Origin: Ignavibacteriota bacterium
Lineage (GTDB): Bacteria; Bacteroidota; Ignavibacteria; UBA10030; UBA6906
Direction of reading: 5' to 3'
Length of the DNA stretch: 64,000 nucleotides
NCBI GenBank assembly: GCA_963801355.1
Contig: CAWDEM010000008.1
Span: 384,001-448,000 of the forward strand
Positions within the stretch are counted from its first letter, which is position 1; every line of letters starts with the position of its first letter. Made by a program: the position numbers and the translations under genes. Shown one piece after another: positions 38,549 to 48,405 of the stretch. The notes under the pieces were generated by a model. It worked only from the letters and a program-made list of their open reading frames with translations, ran no database searches and had not been told where the DNA came from.

Positions 38549-39469
38549 TCACTTCAACTGTTCGGGAGCAAGGGCCTTCACGACCTTTAACGCGATCTCG
38601 GTACCGACGCGATCTTGCGCTTCGACCGTAGAGCCGCCGATATGGGGTGACACGCTGACGCGCGGATGGTTGATGAGCGCCATCTCGGCTGCGGTGGGGG
38701 GTTCATGTTCGAATACATCGAGTGCCGCCGCTGCCACTTTTCCGCTGTTCAATCCGTCCAGAAGTGCATTCTGGTCGATAACGCCGCCGCGTGCGCAGTT
38801 GATGATCACCACCCCTTTCTTCATCATTGCGATCTCTTTTTCTCCGATGATCGGCCCTGCTTTCTTGTCGAACGGCAGATGCAGTGTGATGAAATCCGAC
38901 TGCTGGAGGAGCCGTTCCTTTGTTGTGATCTCCACGAAGAAGTCCATCGGAGCGAACGGCGGATCGTGGGCAAGTACATGCATGCCAAAGCCAAGCGCGC
39001 GGCGGGCAACTTCCTTCCCGATGTTGCCGAGTCCCATGATGCCGAGGGTCTTTTTGTACAGCTCAATGCCCGCACCGTATTCCTTCTTGGGCCACTTCCC
39101 TGCATGCATCTCTGCTGTGCTCAAGTGGAGAAACCGGGAAACCGCGAGCATATGCCCCAAGGTGAGTTCTGCCACGGAGACTGCCGAAGCACCCGGCGTG
39201 TTCATCACAGCGATACCTTTTGCGGCGGCGGCGCCGGCGTCGATGTTGTCGAGCCCCACGCCACCGCGCGCAATGACCCGGAGCTTCTTGCCGGCTTCGA
39301 TGACTTCCTTCGTGACCTTGGTCGCGGAACGGACGAGGATCGCGTCGTAATCGCCGATGCGGGCCAGCAATTCCTCAGGCGTGAGCTTCTGTTGCGTGAC
39401 GTCGAACCCGGCGTCTTTGAGGATCTTTGCCCCTTCGGGCGAGATTCCGTCGGTGATAAGCACTTTCAT
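38549..39469 (-). CDS. serA: D-3-phosphoglycerate dehydrogenase-like protein (short form, no ACT domain)
   Basis: VRSATKV, GVGLDNID, GLGNIG, NCARGG, DVFEHEP and PHIGGSTVEAQ motifs. Confidence 0.85.
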   Translation of the reverse strand: MKVLITDGISPEGAKILKDAGFDVTQQKLTPEELLARIGDYDAILVRSATKVTKEVIEAGKKLRVIARGGVGLDNIDAGAAAAKGIAVMNTPGASAVSVAELTLGHMLAVSRFLHLSTAEMHAGKWPKKEYGAGIELYKKTLGIMGLGNIGKEVARRALGFGMHVLAHDPPFAPMDFFVEITTKERLLQQSDFITLHLPFDKKAGPIIGEKEIAMMKKGVVIINCARGGVIDQNALLDGLNSGKVAAAALDVFEHEPPTAAEMALINHPRVSVSPHIGGSTVEAQDRVGTEIALKVVKALAPEQLK

Positions 39470-39633
39470 GGTGAACTCCAATTCTGGGATCGGAAGGATT
39501 GAAAACAACGAAAGATAGCCAAATGCGATTCAAGCCGCAAGCGCGCGGCGCACCGGCCGCCTTGCTTGTTGCCGGGCGTTTGAGTAGATTGCCTCACCGT
39601 TTCGCCTTAACCATCCGAAATCCCATCCATGCC

Positions 39634-40701
39634 ATGACTTCTCGAGAACGGGTCCGTCGCGCATTTTCCCACGACATCCCGGATCGTGTTCCCATTGATT
39701 ACCTGGCGAACCCGGATATCGACCGTCGCTTGAAAGAGCATTTCGGCTTTTCCCCCGGCGATGACGAAGCTCTGAGGCAAATCCTGCACGTGGATTTTTT
39801 TGAGATCGTCCCGCCATATACCGGCCCGCAACTCCACGCACCGATTCCTGACCGGAAAATCGACCTCTGGGGCATACGGACCCGGTGGATCGAACACAGC
39901 GATGGCGGCTATTGGGATTACTGTGACTTCCCCTTGCGGGATGCCGATCTCGAGACCGTCGAGGCCTGGCCAATGCCTTCCCCCGACGACTTCGACTATG
40001 ATGCAGTCCGGGACCTCTGCAGGACCTATCGCCACTACTATCTGATGGCCGGCAACCCCGGCGCCGGCGACATGATCAATACCGCCGGAATGATCCGCTC
40101 GCCGGAGCAAGTGCTCGTGGACCTTATGACCGACGAACCGGCATGTCTCCGGTTCATGGACAGGAAGAACGAAGTACAACTGAAGATGCTCGAGCGTGCG
40201 CTTGAGGCGGCACGCGGCGAGATCGACATGCTCTGGCTGGGAGAAGACCTCGGAACGCAGAGGGCTCCGATGATCAGTATCGACCTGTTCCGGAAGCATA
40301 TCCGCCCGCGGCACCAGGCGTTTGTGGACCTCGCGAAGCATTTCGGCATTCCCGTGATGATTCACTCCTGCGGGTCCAGCAGCTGGGCCTTCGAAGATTT
40401 CATCGACATGGGCATTACGGTCGTTGATACGCTGCAGCCCGAGGCGCTCAACATGGCTCCCGCGTATCTCAAGCGAACGTTCGGCGACCGGTTGTCGTTC
40501 CACGGATGTATCTCCACGGCCGGGGTCGTCGCCACCGGCACGGTTGATGAAACCCGTACGATGGTTCAACAGACCTTGCAGACGATGATGCCGGGAGGCG
40601 GTTATGCATTTTCCCCGACGCACATGTTGCAGGACAACACTCCGACGGAGAACGCCCTGTTGATGTACGAAGAAGCCTTGAAGGCAGGAAAGTACCTGTA
40701 G
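39634..40701 (+). CDS. Uroporphyrinogen decarboxylase superfamily protein (URO-D/MtaA-like)
   Basis: MTSRERV...PDRVP, D.GTQ, HSCG and GGGY...PTH motifs. Confidence 0.88.
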   Translation: MTSRERVRRAFSHDIPDRVPIDYLANPDIDRRLKEHFGFSPGDDEALRQILHVDFFEIVPPYTGPQLHAPIPDRKIDLWGIRTRWIEHSDGGYWDYCDFPLRDADLETVEAWPMPSPDDFDYDAVRDLCRTYRHYYLMAGNPGAGDMINTAGMIRSPEQVLVDLMTDEPACLRFMDRKNEVQLKMLERALEAARGEIDMLWLGEDLGTQRAPMISIDLFRKHIRPRHQAFVDLAKHFGIPVMIHSCGSSSWAFEDFIDMGITVVDTLQPEALNMAPAYLKRTFGDRLSFHGCISTAGVVATGTVDETRTMVQQTLQTMMPGGGYAFSPTHMLQDNTPTENALLMYEEALKAGKYL

Positions 40702-40733
40702 AGAGCGACGGAGCATCATGGACGGTCAGTACT

Positions 40734-40753
40734 GATATCACACATCTGATATC
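40734..40753. promoter_or_regulatory. Candidate operator GATATCA-N6-TGATATC upstream of ald
   Basis: Perfect 7-bp inverted repeat, also a CTGATATC direct repeat, about 40 nt upstream of the ald start. Confidence 0.35.
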
Positions 40754-40792
40754 CGGATGGGAATCAGCAGATCCACTTCAGGAGGCACTCTT

Positions 40793-41902
40793 ATGGATAT
40801 CGGGATCCCCCGGGAACACCGGGCAAATGAATACAGGGTCGGACTGACCCCTGCCGGGGTCGGGCTCCTCACGGCAATGGGGCATTCCTGTTATGTGGAA
40901 AAGGATGCTGGTCTTGGCGCGGGCTTTTCCGATCTGGACTACGAGCATCAGGGGGGGAAGATCGTCTATTCCCCGCTGGAACTCTACGCGCGATCATCTC
41001 TCCTGCTGAAGCTTGCGCGTCCGACCGCCGATGAGATCAGCATGCTCAACGAGGGGGCCGTGGTGATGGGCTTTCTCCACCTCGCAGTGTCGCGCCGCGA
41101 ACGTGTGGAGACACTGCTCCAGAAGAAAGTCACGGCCATCGCGTACGACCTGATGCAGGCAGACAACGGGACGCTTCCCGTACAGCTGCCTCTCAGCCAG
41201 GCTGCGGGGCGCATGACGCCCGGGATTGCGGCGACGTTCATGCAGAATCATCATGGGGGGAAAGGTATTCTCCTCAGCGGCGTACCGGGAGTGCCTCCTG
41301 CTGAAGTCGTGATCATCGGGGCGGGAGCTTTCGGCTCCGCCGCCGCACACGCATTCCTTCGCGCGGGTGCGAGTGTGTATGTCCTCGACAAAGACCTGGC
41401 GAAACTCCAGGCGCTCGACGAAGCGCAGGGAATGAGTGGACGCCTTGTCACGATGGTCTCGCACTCCTTCAATGTCCTGAAGACAACACGATTCGCCGAT
41501 GTTCTGGTCGGCTGTGTGCTTGTCCCCGGTGAACGGGCACCGGTTCTCATCTCGCGCGACCTGGTCAAACGCATGAAAGCACGCTCGGTCATCATTGATG
41601 CCTCCATCGACCAGGGCGGATGTGTTGAGACAAGCCGCCCAACCACACATCGTGATCCGGTCTACATCGAAGAGAACGTCATTCACTATTGCGTACCGAA
41701 CATGACCTCGGTGGTTGCGCGCACGGCAACGCATGCATTCAATAACGCTGCGTGGCCGTTCATTCAGGAGATCGCGTTGCACGGGCTGGAACATGCGATC
41801 GAGGCCATGCCGCCGTTGAAGCGGGGGGTCATGGTGCACAAAGGTCATGTGGTGAACCCCACTCTTGCATCCTATCTGGGGATGAAAGGAGTGGCCCTAT
41901 GA
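40793..41902 (+). CDS. ald: Alanine dehydrogenase
   Basis: GIPRE...EYRVGLTP, LL.GVPGVPPAEVVIIGAG, DQGGCVETSRPTTH and HYCVPNM motifs; GGAGG RBS. Confidence 0.92.
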   Translation: MDIGIPREHRANEYRVGLTPAGVGLLTAMGHSCYVEKDAGLGAGFSDLDYEHQGGKIVYSPLELYARSSLLLKLARPTADEISMLNEGAVVMGFLHLAVSRRERVETLLQKKVTAIAYDLMQADNGTLPVQLPLSQAAGRMTPGIAATFMQNHHGGKGILLSGVPGVPPAEVVIIGAGAFGSAAAHAFLRAGASVYVLDKDLAKLQALDEAQGMSGRLVTMVSHSFNVLKTTRFADVLVGCVLVPGERAPVLISRDLVKRMKARSVIIDASIDQGGCVETSRPTTHRDPVYIEENVIHYCVPNMTSVVARTATHAFNNAAWPFIQEIALHGLEHAIEAMPPLKRGVMVHKGHVVNPTLASYLGMKGVAL

Positions 41903-43203
41903 GCTTGCTGGACCTGATGCGCGAACGCACAGTCACGCCCGAAGAGGCCGTCCGGAAAATCCAGTCGGGAAACCGGGTTTTCCTCACGGGGAACGCTTCG
42001 GTTCCGCAGAAGATCATGGCGGCGTTTGTGGCCCACGCCAAGTCCCTTCAGGATGTGGAAGTCGTTCAGGTGTTGACAATCGGCAAACCGGATTATGTCG
42101 CACCCGAAATGGCGGGGCACATACGCGTGAATACGCTTTTCATCAGCGACGATGTGCGCCGGGCGGTGAACGAAGGGCGGGCGGACTTCACCCCCTGTTT
42201 TCTCTCTGAGGTTCCGCTGCTTTTCAGGCATGGACAACTTCCCCTCGACGTGGCGCTGGTTCATGTCACACCCCCCGACGAGCACGGGTTTTGTTCATTC
42301 GGGGTGGAAGTGGGTGTGACGAAGGGCGCGGCGCAGTCAGCGAAGATTGTCATCGCCGAAGTGAACCCGCGTATGCCCAGAACGCTGGGTGATTCGTTCA
42401 TCCATGTGTCCAAGATCAACTATGTCGTGCCGGTGGATTACGCGCTCCCCGACACGGCGATGGGCGATCCGTCACCTATCGCGCAGAAAATCGCCCGGAA
42501 TATTGCCGGACTCATCCCCGACGGGGCGACCCTCCAGACGGGCATAGGCGGCATCCCGGATGCCGTGTTGCGCGAGCTTACCAATCACAAACACCTGGGC
42601 GTACATAGCGAGCTGTTCTCGGACGGCGTGGTGGACCTCGTGGAACGGGGGGTTGTTGACGGGGAGATGAAGACCCTGCATCCCGGAAAGATGGTGGCCG
42701 GATTCCTTATCGGCACCAACCGGCTCTACTCCTTCGTGCACGACAACCCTATTGTGGAACTCCATCCGACGGAGTACGTGAACGATCCGTTCATCATTGC
42801 GCAGAACGCAAAGATGGTTGCAATCAATTCTGCAATTGAAGTGGATCTCACGGGGCAGGTCTGTGCCGACAGCATCGGCCCGCGACTGTACAGCGGTGTC
42901 GGCGGGCAGGTGGACTTCATCTATGGAGCATCGCGGAGCCAGGGCGGAGTCCCCATTATTGCATTGCCCTCGAGCGCAACCGTGAAAGGGCAGACCACGA
43001 GCAAGATTGTTGCAACGCTCAGGCCCGGCGGCGGCGTGGTCTCCACGCGCTACCATGTACGGTTCGTGGTCACAGAGCACGGGGTCGCCGAATTGTATGC
43101 GAAGACCGTACGCCAGCGGGTGCGTGCACTCATTGATATCGCAGCGCCGGAATTCCGGGAGGAGCTGGAAAGAAAGGCGAAGGAGATGATGTATCTGTGG
43201 TGA
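41899..43203 (+). CDS. Acetyl-CoA hydrolase/transferase (4-hydroxybutyrate CoA-transferase-like)
   Basis: PPDEHGFCSFG, DGATLQTGIG.IP, HSE, NSAIEVDLTGQ and SGVGGQVDF motifs. Confidence 0.93.
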   Translation: MSLLDLMRERTVTPEEAVRKIQSGNRVFLTGNASVPQKIMAAFVAHAKSLQDVEVVQVLTIGKPDYVAPEMAGHIRVNTLFISDDVRRAVNEGRADFTPCFLSEVPLLFRHGQLPLDVALVHVTPPDEHGFCSFGVEVGVTKGAAQSAKIVIAEVNPRMPRTLGDSFIHVSKINYVVPVDYALPDTAMGDPSPIAQKIARNIAGLIPDGATLQTGIGGIPDAVLRELTNHKHLGVHSELFSDGVVDLVERGVVDGEMKTLHPGKMVAGFLIGTNRLYSFVHDNPIVELHPTEYVNDPFIIAQNAKMVAINSAIEVDLTGQVCADSIGPRLYSGVGGQVDFIYGASRSQGGVPIIALPSSATVKGQTTSKIVATLRPGGGVVSTRYHVRFVVTEHGVAELYAKTVRQRVRALIDIAAPEFREELERKAKEMMYLW

Positions 43204-44492
43204 CGTCGCCGCAGCATTTTCCTCGCGGGTTCCTCTGGGGAGCTGCGACCTCTTCGCATCAGGTGGAGGGGGGGTGCACGAACAACAACTGGTTCGCCTT
43301 TGAGTCTGCGCGTGATGCGTCGGGGCGTCCCCGGATCGCCGGCGCACAGAGGGCGGGCAACGCATGTGAGCAGTGGGAACGATTCCGGGATGATATCCGG
43401 TTGTTAAAGGAGATGGGGCTCAATGCCTACCGCTTCTCGGTGGAGTGGAGCAAGATCGAGCCACGTGAGGGAGTCTTCGACGATGCAGCGTTGACACATT
43501 ACGGGGAAGTGGTGGACGCGCTGCTCGACGAGGGCATCACGCCGATGGTAACGCTCCATCACTTCACGAATCCTCTCTGGTTTGAGGAACGCGGCGGCTT
43601 TCTGAGGGATGATTCACCCGGCATACTCGCGCGCTTCAGCCGCAAGGTCTATGAGAGGCTTGCAGATCGCGTGCCGTACTGGTGTACCGTTAATGAACCG
43701 TCGGTCTATGCGGCGAACGGTTACGTGACCGGTGAATTTCCCCCGGCGGATTCGAATCTCCGGAACGCGGGTGTTGTTCTCGGCAACATGATGCGTGCGC
43801 ACACGTGCATGTATCAGACGTGCAAAGAGTTCAACGCGTTGCCGCAGATTGGGCTGGCGACGAATGTGTTTCTGTACGAGCCGGCGCGGCGAATGCATCC
43901 GCTGGACGCGATCGCTGCACGGCTTGCGCAGAAGAATCTCAACGCGGAGATCTTCCGCTACCTTCTGCTCGGGAGATTGGATTTTCATTTTCCCTTCATG
44001 GTTCGCGTGCGTGTGAACTCAGTGCAGCCGGATGCGTTCGATTTCATCGGGCTGAATTATTACACGCGGTTCCGTCTCCGCTTTTCGTGGCATGACACGG
44101 GGAAGGTCAGACAGGTAGTGCAGGCGCCCCCGGAGCGGGTGACCGACATGGGATGGGAGATTTACCCGGAGGGGCTGGCGGAGTCTCTCCGGATGGTGGC
44201 GGCATGGACCCCCAAGCCGGTCTTCGTAACGGAGAACGGTCTGGCGGACGACAGCGACACGAAACGCGCTGGTTTTTTCCGGGATCACCTCCGCGTACTC
44301 GGCGATGTGCGGAGATCGGGGGTCAACGTGCAGGGGTACTTCTGCTGGTCGCTGCTCGACAATTTCGAGTGGGCGCACGGGTACACCAAACGCTTCGGCC
44401 TCTACCACGTGGATTTTGTGACGCAGAAACGCACGCTGCGTAAAGGAAGTGAAGCCATGCGGGAGTTCATCAGGAGCAACACTGCAGAATGA
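43197..44492 (+). CDS. Glycoside hydrolase family 1 (beta-glucosidase)
   Basis: FLWGAATSSHQVEG, NEP acid/base, TENG nucleophile and WSLLDNFEW motifs. Confidence 0.95.
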   Translation: MVTSPQHFPRGFLWGAATSSHQVEGGCTNNNWFAFESARDASGRPRIAGAQRAGNACEQWERFRDDIRLLKEMGLNAYRFSVEWSKIEPREGVFDDAALTHYGEVVDALLDEGITPMVTLHHFTNPLWFEERGGFLRDDSPGILARFSRKVYERLADRVPYWCTVNEPSVYAANGYVTGEFPPADSNLRNAGVVLGNMMRAHTCMYQTCKEFNALPQIGLATNVFLYEPARRMHPLDAIAARLAQKNLNAEIFRYLLLGRLDFHFPFMVRVRVNSVQPDAFDFIGLNYYTRFRLRFSWHDTGKVRQVVQAPPERVTDMGWEIYPEGLAESLRMVAAWTPKPVFVTENGLADDSDTKRAGFFRDHLRVLGDVRRSGVNVQGYFCWSLLDNFEWAHGYTKRFGLYHVDFVTQKRTLRKGSEAMREFIRSNTAE

Positions 44493-46240
44493 ATACCAAG
44501 GAAATCGCCGGCGTCCTGGAGGAGATGGGAACGCTCCTTGAGCTCAAAGGGGCCAATCCCTTCAAGTCGCGTGCGTTTGCCAACGCGGCCCGTGCAATTG
44601 AAGGACTGCCGGGGGATGTGGCGGATGCCGTTGCGGCGGGAACGCTCCGGGAAGTGAAGGGGATTGGAGAGAGCATCGCCCGGATCATAACGGAGCTGGT
44701 GGAGAAGGGATCGTCGATCGAGTATCAGGAACTCCGCAAGGGTATTCCTGACGGTGTCTTGCAGATGTTGCGGATTCAGGGACTTGGCCCGAAGAAGGTG
44801 AAGATCCTCTTTGAAAAATTGGGCCTCACGGATATCGGCGATCTGGAAATGGCGGCGCGAGCGGGCCGGCTGGCGGAACTCGAAGGCTTCGGGCAGAAGA
44901 GTCAGGAAAATATTCTGAAAGGGATCCAGACCCTGCGGAGTCACGGGGAGAAGTCCCATTATCCCCCGGCCGCCTCCGCCGCAGGGATTCTTCTGGATGC
45001 GCTGCGGAAAGAACCCGGCATCATCCGCGCTGAAGTGGCAGGAAGCCTCCGCCGCCGTAAGGAAGTGGTGGGTGACATTGACCTGCTCGTCAGCTCGAGC
45101 GAGAAATCGCGCACACGGCTGATGGATCGGTTCACCGCTCATCCGGATGTACAGTCCATCCTGGCGAAAGGCGACACCAAATCCAGCGTCATGCTGAAGC
45201 AGGGAATTCACTGTGACTTGCGGATCGTGCGGGACGAGGAGTTTCCGTTTGCACTGAACTACTTCACGGGCAGCAAGGAACACAACGTGGAGATGCGGTC
45301 CCGTGCGCGGCAACGCGGCTGGAGTCTCAATGAGTACACCCTCTCGAAACTCGAGGAAGAGGAACCCGGCAGGAAACCGACGCGGCCGCCGGCGTGCCGT
45401 GATGAATCAGACATCTATGCGGCCCTCGGGCTTCAGTACATCCCGCCGGAACTCCGCGAAAATATGGGCGAATTCGAAGCTGCAGAGAAGAATGCTCTTC
45501 CGGTGCTCGTTGACGAACGGGATATCAAGGGAACATTCCATTGTCATAGCACGTACAGCGATGGAGTGAACACGATTCAGCAGATGGTCGCGGCCGCCCG
45601 CGCCAAAGGATGGGTGTATCTGGGGATCGCAGATCACAGCAAGGCCGCGGGATATGCCGGGGGGTTGAGCATTGAGAGGATCAAGGAACAGATCAAAGAG
45701 ATCGATGCGCTGAATGTGAAGACGAAGAACTTCCGGATTTTCAAAGGAACCGAGTGCGATATCCTGCCCGACGGGAGCCTGGACTTTCCGGACAAAGTGC
45801 TGGCGCTGCTGGATTATGTCGTGGTGTCGGTCCACAGCAGCTTTGCGATGTCCGAAGACCAGATGACCCGGCGGATCATCAAGGCCCTCACAAGCAAGTA
45901 CGCCACCATTCTCGGCCACCCCACGGGACGATTGCTGCTGTCACGGGAACCTTACCCCGTCAATATGACAAAGGTTATTGACGCGGCGGCGGACGCAGGC
46001 AAATGCATCGAGATCAACGCTCACCCCATGCGGCTGGATCTGGATTGGCGTCTGTGCAGGTACGCGCGGGACCGCGGGGTACGGATCGCAATCAACCCTG
46101 ATGCACACAGTATTGAAGGGCTTAACGACGTGGCTTTCGGTGTCGGCGTTGCCAGGAAAGGATGGCTCCGCGCACAAGATGTGATCAATGCGGGCTCGGC
46201 GAGCGATGTGCTCGCGACGTTTGCGTCAACAAGGAGGTGA
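44489..46240 (+). CDS. polX: DNA polymerase X with PHP exonuclease domain
   Basis: HhH motifs, AGSLRR..VGDID, FTGSKEHN, HCHSTYSDG, GHPTGR and DAH motifs. Confidence 0.95.
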   Translation: MNTKEIAGVLEEMGTLLELKGANPFKSRAFANAARAIEGLPGDVADAVAAGTLREVKGIGESIARIITELVEKGSSIEYQELRKGIPDGVLQMLRIQGLGPKKVKILFEKLGLTDIGDLEMAARAGRLAELEGFGQKSQENILKGIQTLRSHGEKSHYPPAASAAGILLDALRKEPGIIRAEVAGSLRRRKEVVGDIDLLVSSSEKSRTRLMDRFTAHPDVQSILAKGDTKSSVMLKQGIHCDLRIVRDEEFPFALNYFTGSKEHNVEMRSRARQRGWSLNEYTLSKLEEEEPGRKPTRPPACRDESDIYAALGLQYIPPELRENMGEFEAAEKNALPVLVDERDIKGTFHCHSTYSDGVNTIQQMVAAARAKGWVYLGIADHSKAAGYAGGLSIERIKEQIKEIDALNVKTKNFRIFKGTECDILPDGSLDFPDKVLALLDYVVVSVHSSFAMSEDQMTRRIIKALTSKYATILGHPTGRLLLSREPYPVNMTKVIDAAADAGKCIEINAHPMRLDLDWRLCRYARDRGVRIAINPDAHSIEGLNDVAFGVGVARKGWLRAQDVINAGSASDVLATFASTRR

Positions 46241-46248
46241 AAGGGATC

Positions 46249-46860
46249 ATGAAGAACACAGCACGGATGTGGGCGGGACTGTTTCTCATCGGATTCGGCG
46301 TCCTGATGTTGCTTGACAGAATGGATATCTTCAGCTTCCGGGAGATAGTGAGGACCTACTGGCCCCTGATCCTCGTGGGGATGGGCATCTGGATAATTTT
46401 CGGCACGAGAAGAAGGGAAGGAGCCGGCGACGGAAGGGGAGTGGGTGTCGCGGGCGACATCGCGACCACGAATAGCAGTGAGTCGGTCCACGAATCGAAT
46501 GTCTTTGGCAACGTTGCGGTCCAGGTCCGTTCCGGCAATTTCAAAGGGGGGGCAGTCACCACGGTCTTCGGCAATGCCGTTGTTGACCTGACGCAAGCTG
46601 CTGTCGGAATGGGAGAACACCGTCTGAAAGTCGAATGCGTGTTTGGAAAGGTGGAAGTAATGCTGCCGGCTTCAATCGTTGCGAAGGTAAAGGCGGACAC
46701 ATTGCTCGGTTCGGTGACGGTGAACGGTGAGAAGAGGGAGGGATTTGCGCCGGAGAGGGTTCTTACGCCTGACCTCTATGCCACCGCTCCGGCGCGTCTG
46801 TCCATCAAAGCATCTACGGTGATGGGAGAGGTCGTTGTCAATACTGTGCCGCCGAGGTGA
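46249..46860 (+). CDS. LiaF-like envelope-stress membrane protein (DUF5668 + DUF2154-like)
   Basis: GLFLIGFGV..LLD...WPLILV.MG N-terminus and repeated VFG beta units. Confidence 0.8.
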   Translation: MKNTARMWAGLFLIGFGVLMLLDRMDIFSFREIVRTYWPLILVGMGIWIIFGTRRREGAGDGRGVGVAGDIATTNSSESVHESNVFGNVAVQVRSGNFKGGAVTTVFGNAVVDLTQAAVGMGEHRLKVECVFGKVEVMLPASIVAKVKADTLLGSVTVNGEKREGFAPERVLTPDLYATAPARLSIKASTVMGEVVVNTVPPR

Positions 46861-47159
46861 GTGTGCCGCGTATACGTTTTGTCCCGTTGGGGAAGGAAAA
46901 AGAGATCAGGGTAGGGGCGACGATTCTCGCCGCCGCGAACCAATGCCAGGCGCCCGTTGGACAGTCGTGCAGCGGCGAGGGAAGCTGTGGCTGGTGCAGG
47001 GTCTCCGTGCTCGAAGGTGCAGAGCACCTTGCGCCGCCCGGATTGCTCGAACAAGAGCTTATGCGAACGAAGGAGTTCAAAGCCAATGAACGGGCTGCCT
47101 GTCTTGCCCGCGTTCAAGGCGATGTCACCATCACCACTACATACTGGAGCCATGAGTAG
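46857..47159 (+). CDS. [2Fe-2S] ferredoxin
   Basis: CSGEGSCGWC...R.AC cysteine pattern. Confidence 0.9.
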   Translation: MSVPRIRFVPLGKEKEIRVGATILAAANQCQAPVGQSCSGEGSCGWCRVSVLEGAEHLAPPGLLEQELMRTKEFKANERAACLARVQGDVTITTTYWSHE

Positions 47160-47514
47160 ATACGAACGTCACGTGTTTGTGTGCATCAATGAGCGGCCCA
47201 AGGGGCATCCCAAGGGATGCTGCCTGGAAAAGGGTTCGTGTGCTGTCCGCGATGCGATGAAATCACTGGTACACGAACGTGGTCTGAAAGCCCTCGTGCG
47301 CGTCAACAACGCCGGGTGTCTGGATGCCTGTGCACACGGGATCTCTCTGGTCATCTATCCCGAAGGTATCTGGTACGGGGGAGTCACCGTACAAGACGTG
47401 CCGGAGATTGTCGACCGCACGATCATCAATGGTGAGGTCATCGAACGGCTGCTGATACTCGATCCCGGGTATTCTCCCGCGCGCATGCAATTTCGCCTGC
47501 TGGAGAAACCATGA
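47152..47514 (+). CDS. Thioredoxin-like [2Fe-2S] ferredoxin
   Basis: HVFVCINER..GCC, GCLDAC and IYPEGIWYG motifs. Confidence 0.9.
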   Translation: MSRYERHVFVCINERPKGHPKGCCLEKGSCAVRDAMKSLVHERGLKALVRVNNAGCLDACAHGISLVIYPEGIWYGGVTVQDVPEIVDRTIINGEVIERLLILDPGYSPARMQFRLLEKP

Positions 47515-48170
47515 AGCGACGCAGTGAAACACAGGAGGCACGGCGACAACGCGCAGCGCAAATCCTCCGGGTGCTCCGGAAGAACTTTCCCCGGGCGACC
47601 ACCGCGCTGTCGCACACGGATCCGTTCCAGCTGTTAGTTGCCACCATCCTGTCCGCTCAATGTACCGATCAGCGGGTCAATATGGTGACGCCCAGCCTTT
47701 TCGCAAGGTACGCATCACCGCCTGACTTTGCCTCCGCCGACATTCATGAGCTGGAAGCTGAAATTCGATCCACCGGCTTCTTCAGGATGAAGGCAAGAAA
47801 CATCGTCGCCTGCTCACGGGCTTTGGTCGACCGATTCGGATCGAACGTCCCGCAGACAATGGAGGAGATGATCACGCTGCCGGGTGTCGGCCGCAAGACT
47901 GCCAACGTTGTGCTCGGTTATGCATTCGGGATCGTGTCCGGCGTTGTGGTTGACACGCATGTCCACCGGCTCTCCCGGCGCATGGGTCTTTCCGCCGAAA
48001 AGACACCGGAGAAGATTGAACTTGATCTCATGGAGGTGTTTCCGCGGAGAGATTGGATCGACGTCGGGTCGATCTTGGTACTTCATGGCCGGAAAAACTG
48101 CAATGCCCGGAAACCCGTGTGCGAGACATGCCCGGTGAAGGCGCTTTGTCCGAGAATCGGGGTAGAGTAG
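47511..48170 (+). CDS. nth: Endonuclease III
   Basis: LVATILSAQCTD, LPGVGRKTANVV, VDTHV and C.ARKPVCETCP...C motifs. Confidence 0.97.
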   Translation: MKRRSETQEARRQRAAQILRVLRKNFPRATTALSHTDPFQLLVATILSAQCTDQRVNMVTPSLFARYASPPDFASADIHELEAEIRSTGFFRMKARNIVACSRALVDRFGSNVPQTMEEMITLPGVGRKTANVVLGYAFGIVSGVVVDTHVHRLSRRMGLSAEKTPEKIELDLMEVFPRRDWIDVGSILVLHGRKNCNARKPVCETCPVKALCPRIGVE

Positions 48171-48405
48171 GTGGTGCTCCTGCACTCGTTCCTCCTGTTG
48201 CGTATTTCTACACTCGTCCCATTTTTGCATAACTAAGAACCTTTTTGTGCCTACTTCTCATAGCTGCGAAAATCCATGTTCATATCCCCTCTTTTGATCG
48301 GATTTCGGCACCTCCCTGTGTAATCTGAGCTGGCACGGCATCTGTCCTTGAGTCCCGTGAAACCTCGCTTGTTCCCGACTCCAAACCTTCGCCGGAGGCA
48401 CGTGA

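Noticed and set aside
48331-48345. TGGCACGGCATCTGT as a sigma54 promoter for the hydrogenase operon
   Set aside because: The -24 half is perfect, but the -12 position is GT rather than the near-invariant GC, so it is too weak to call.
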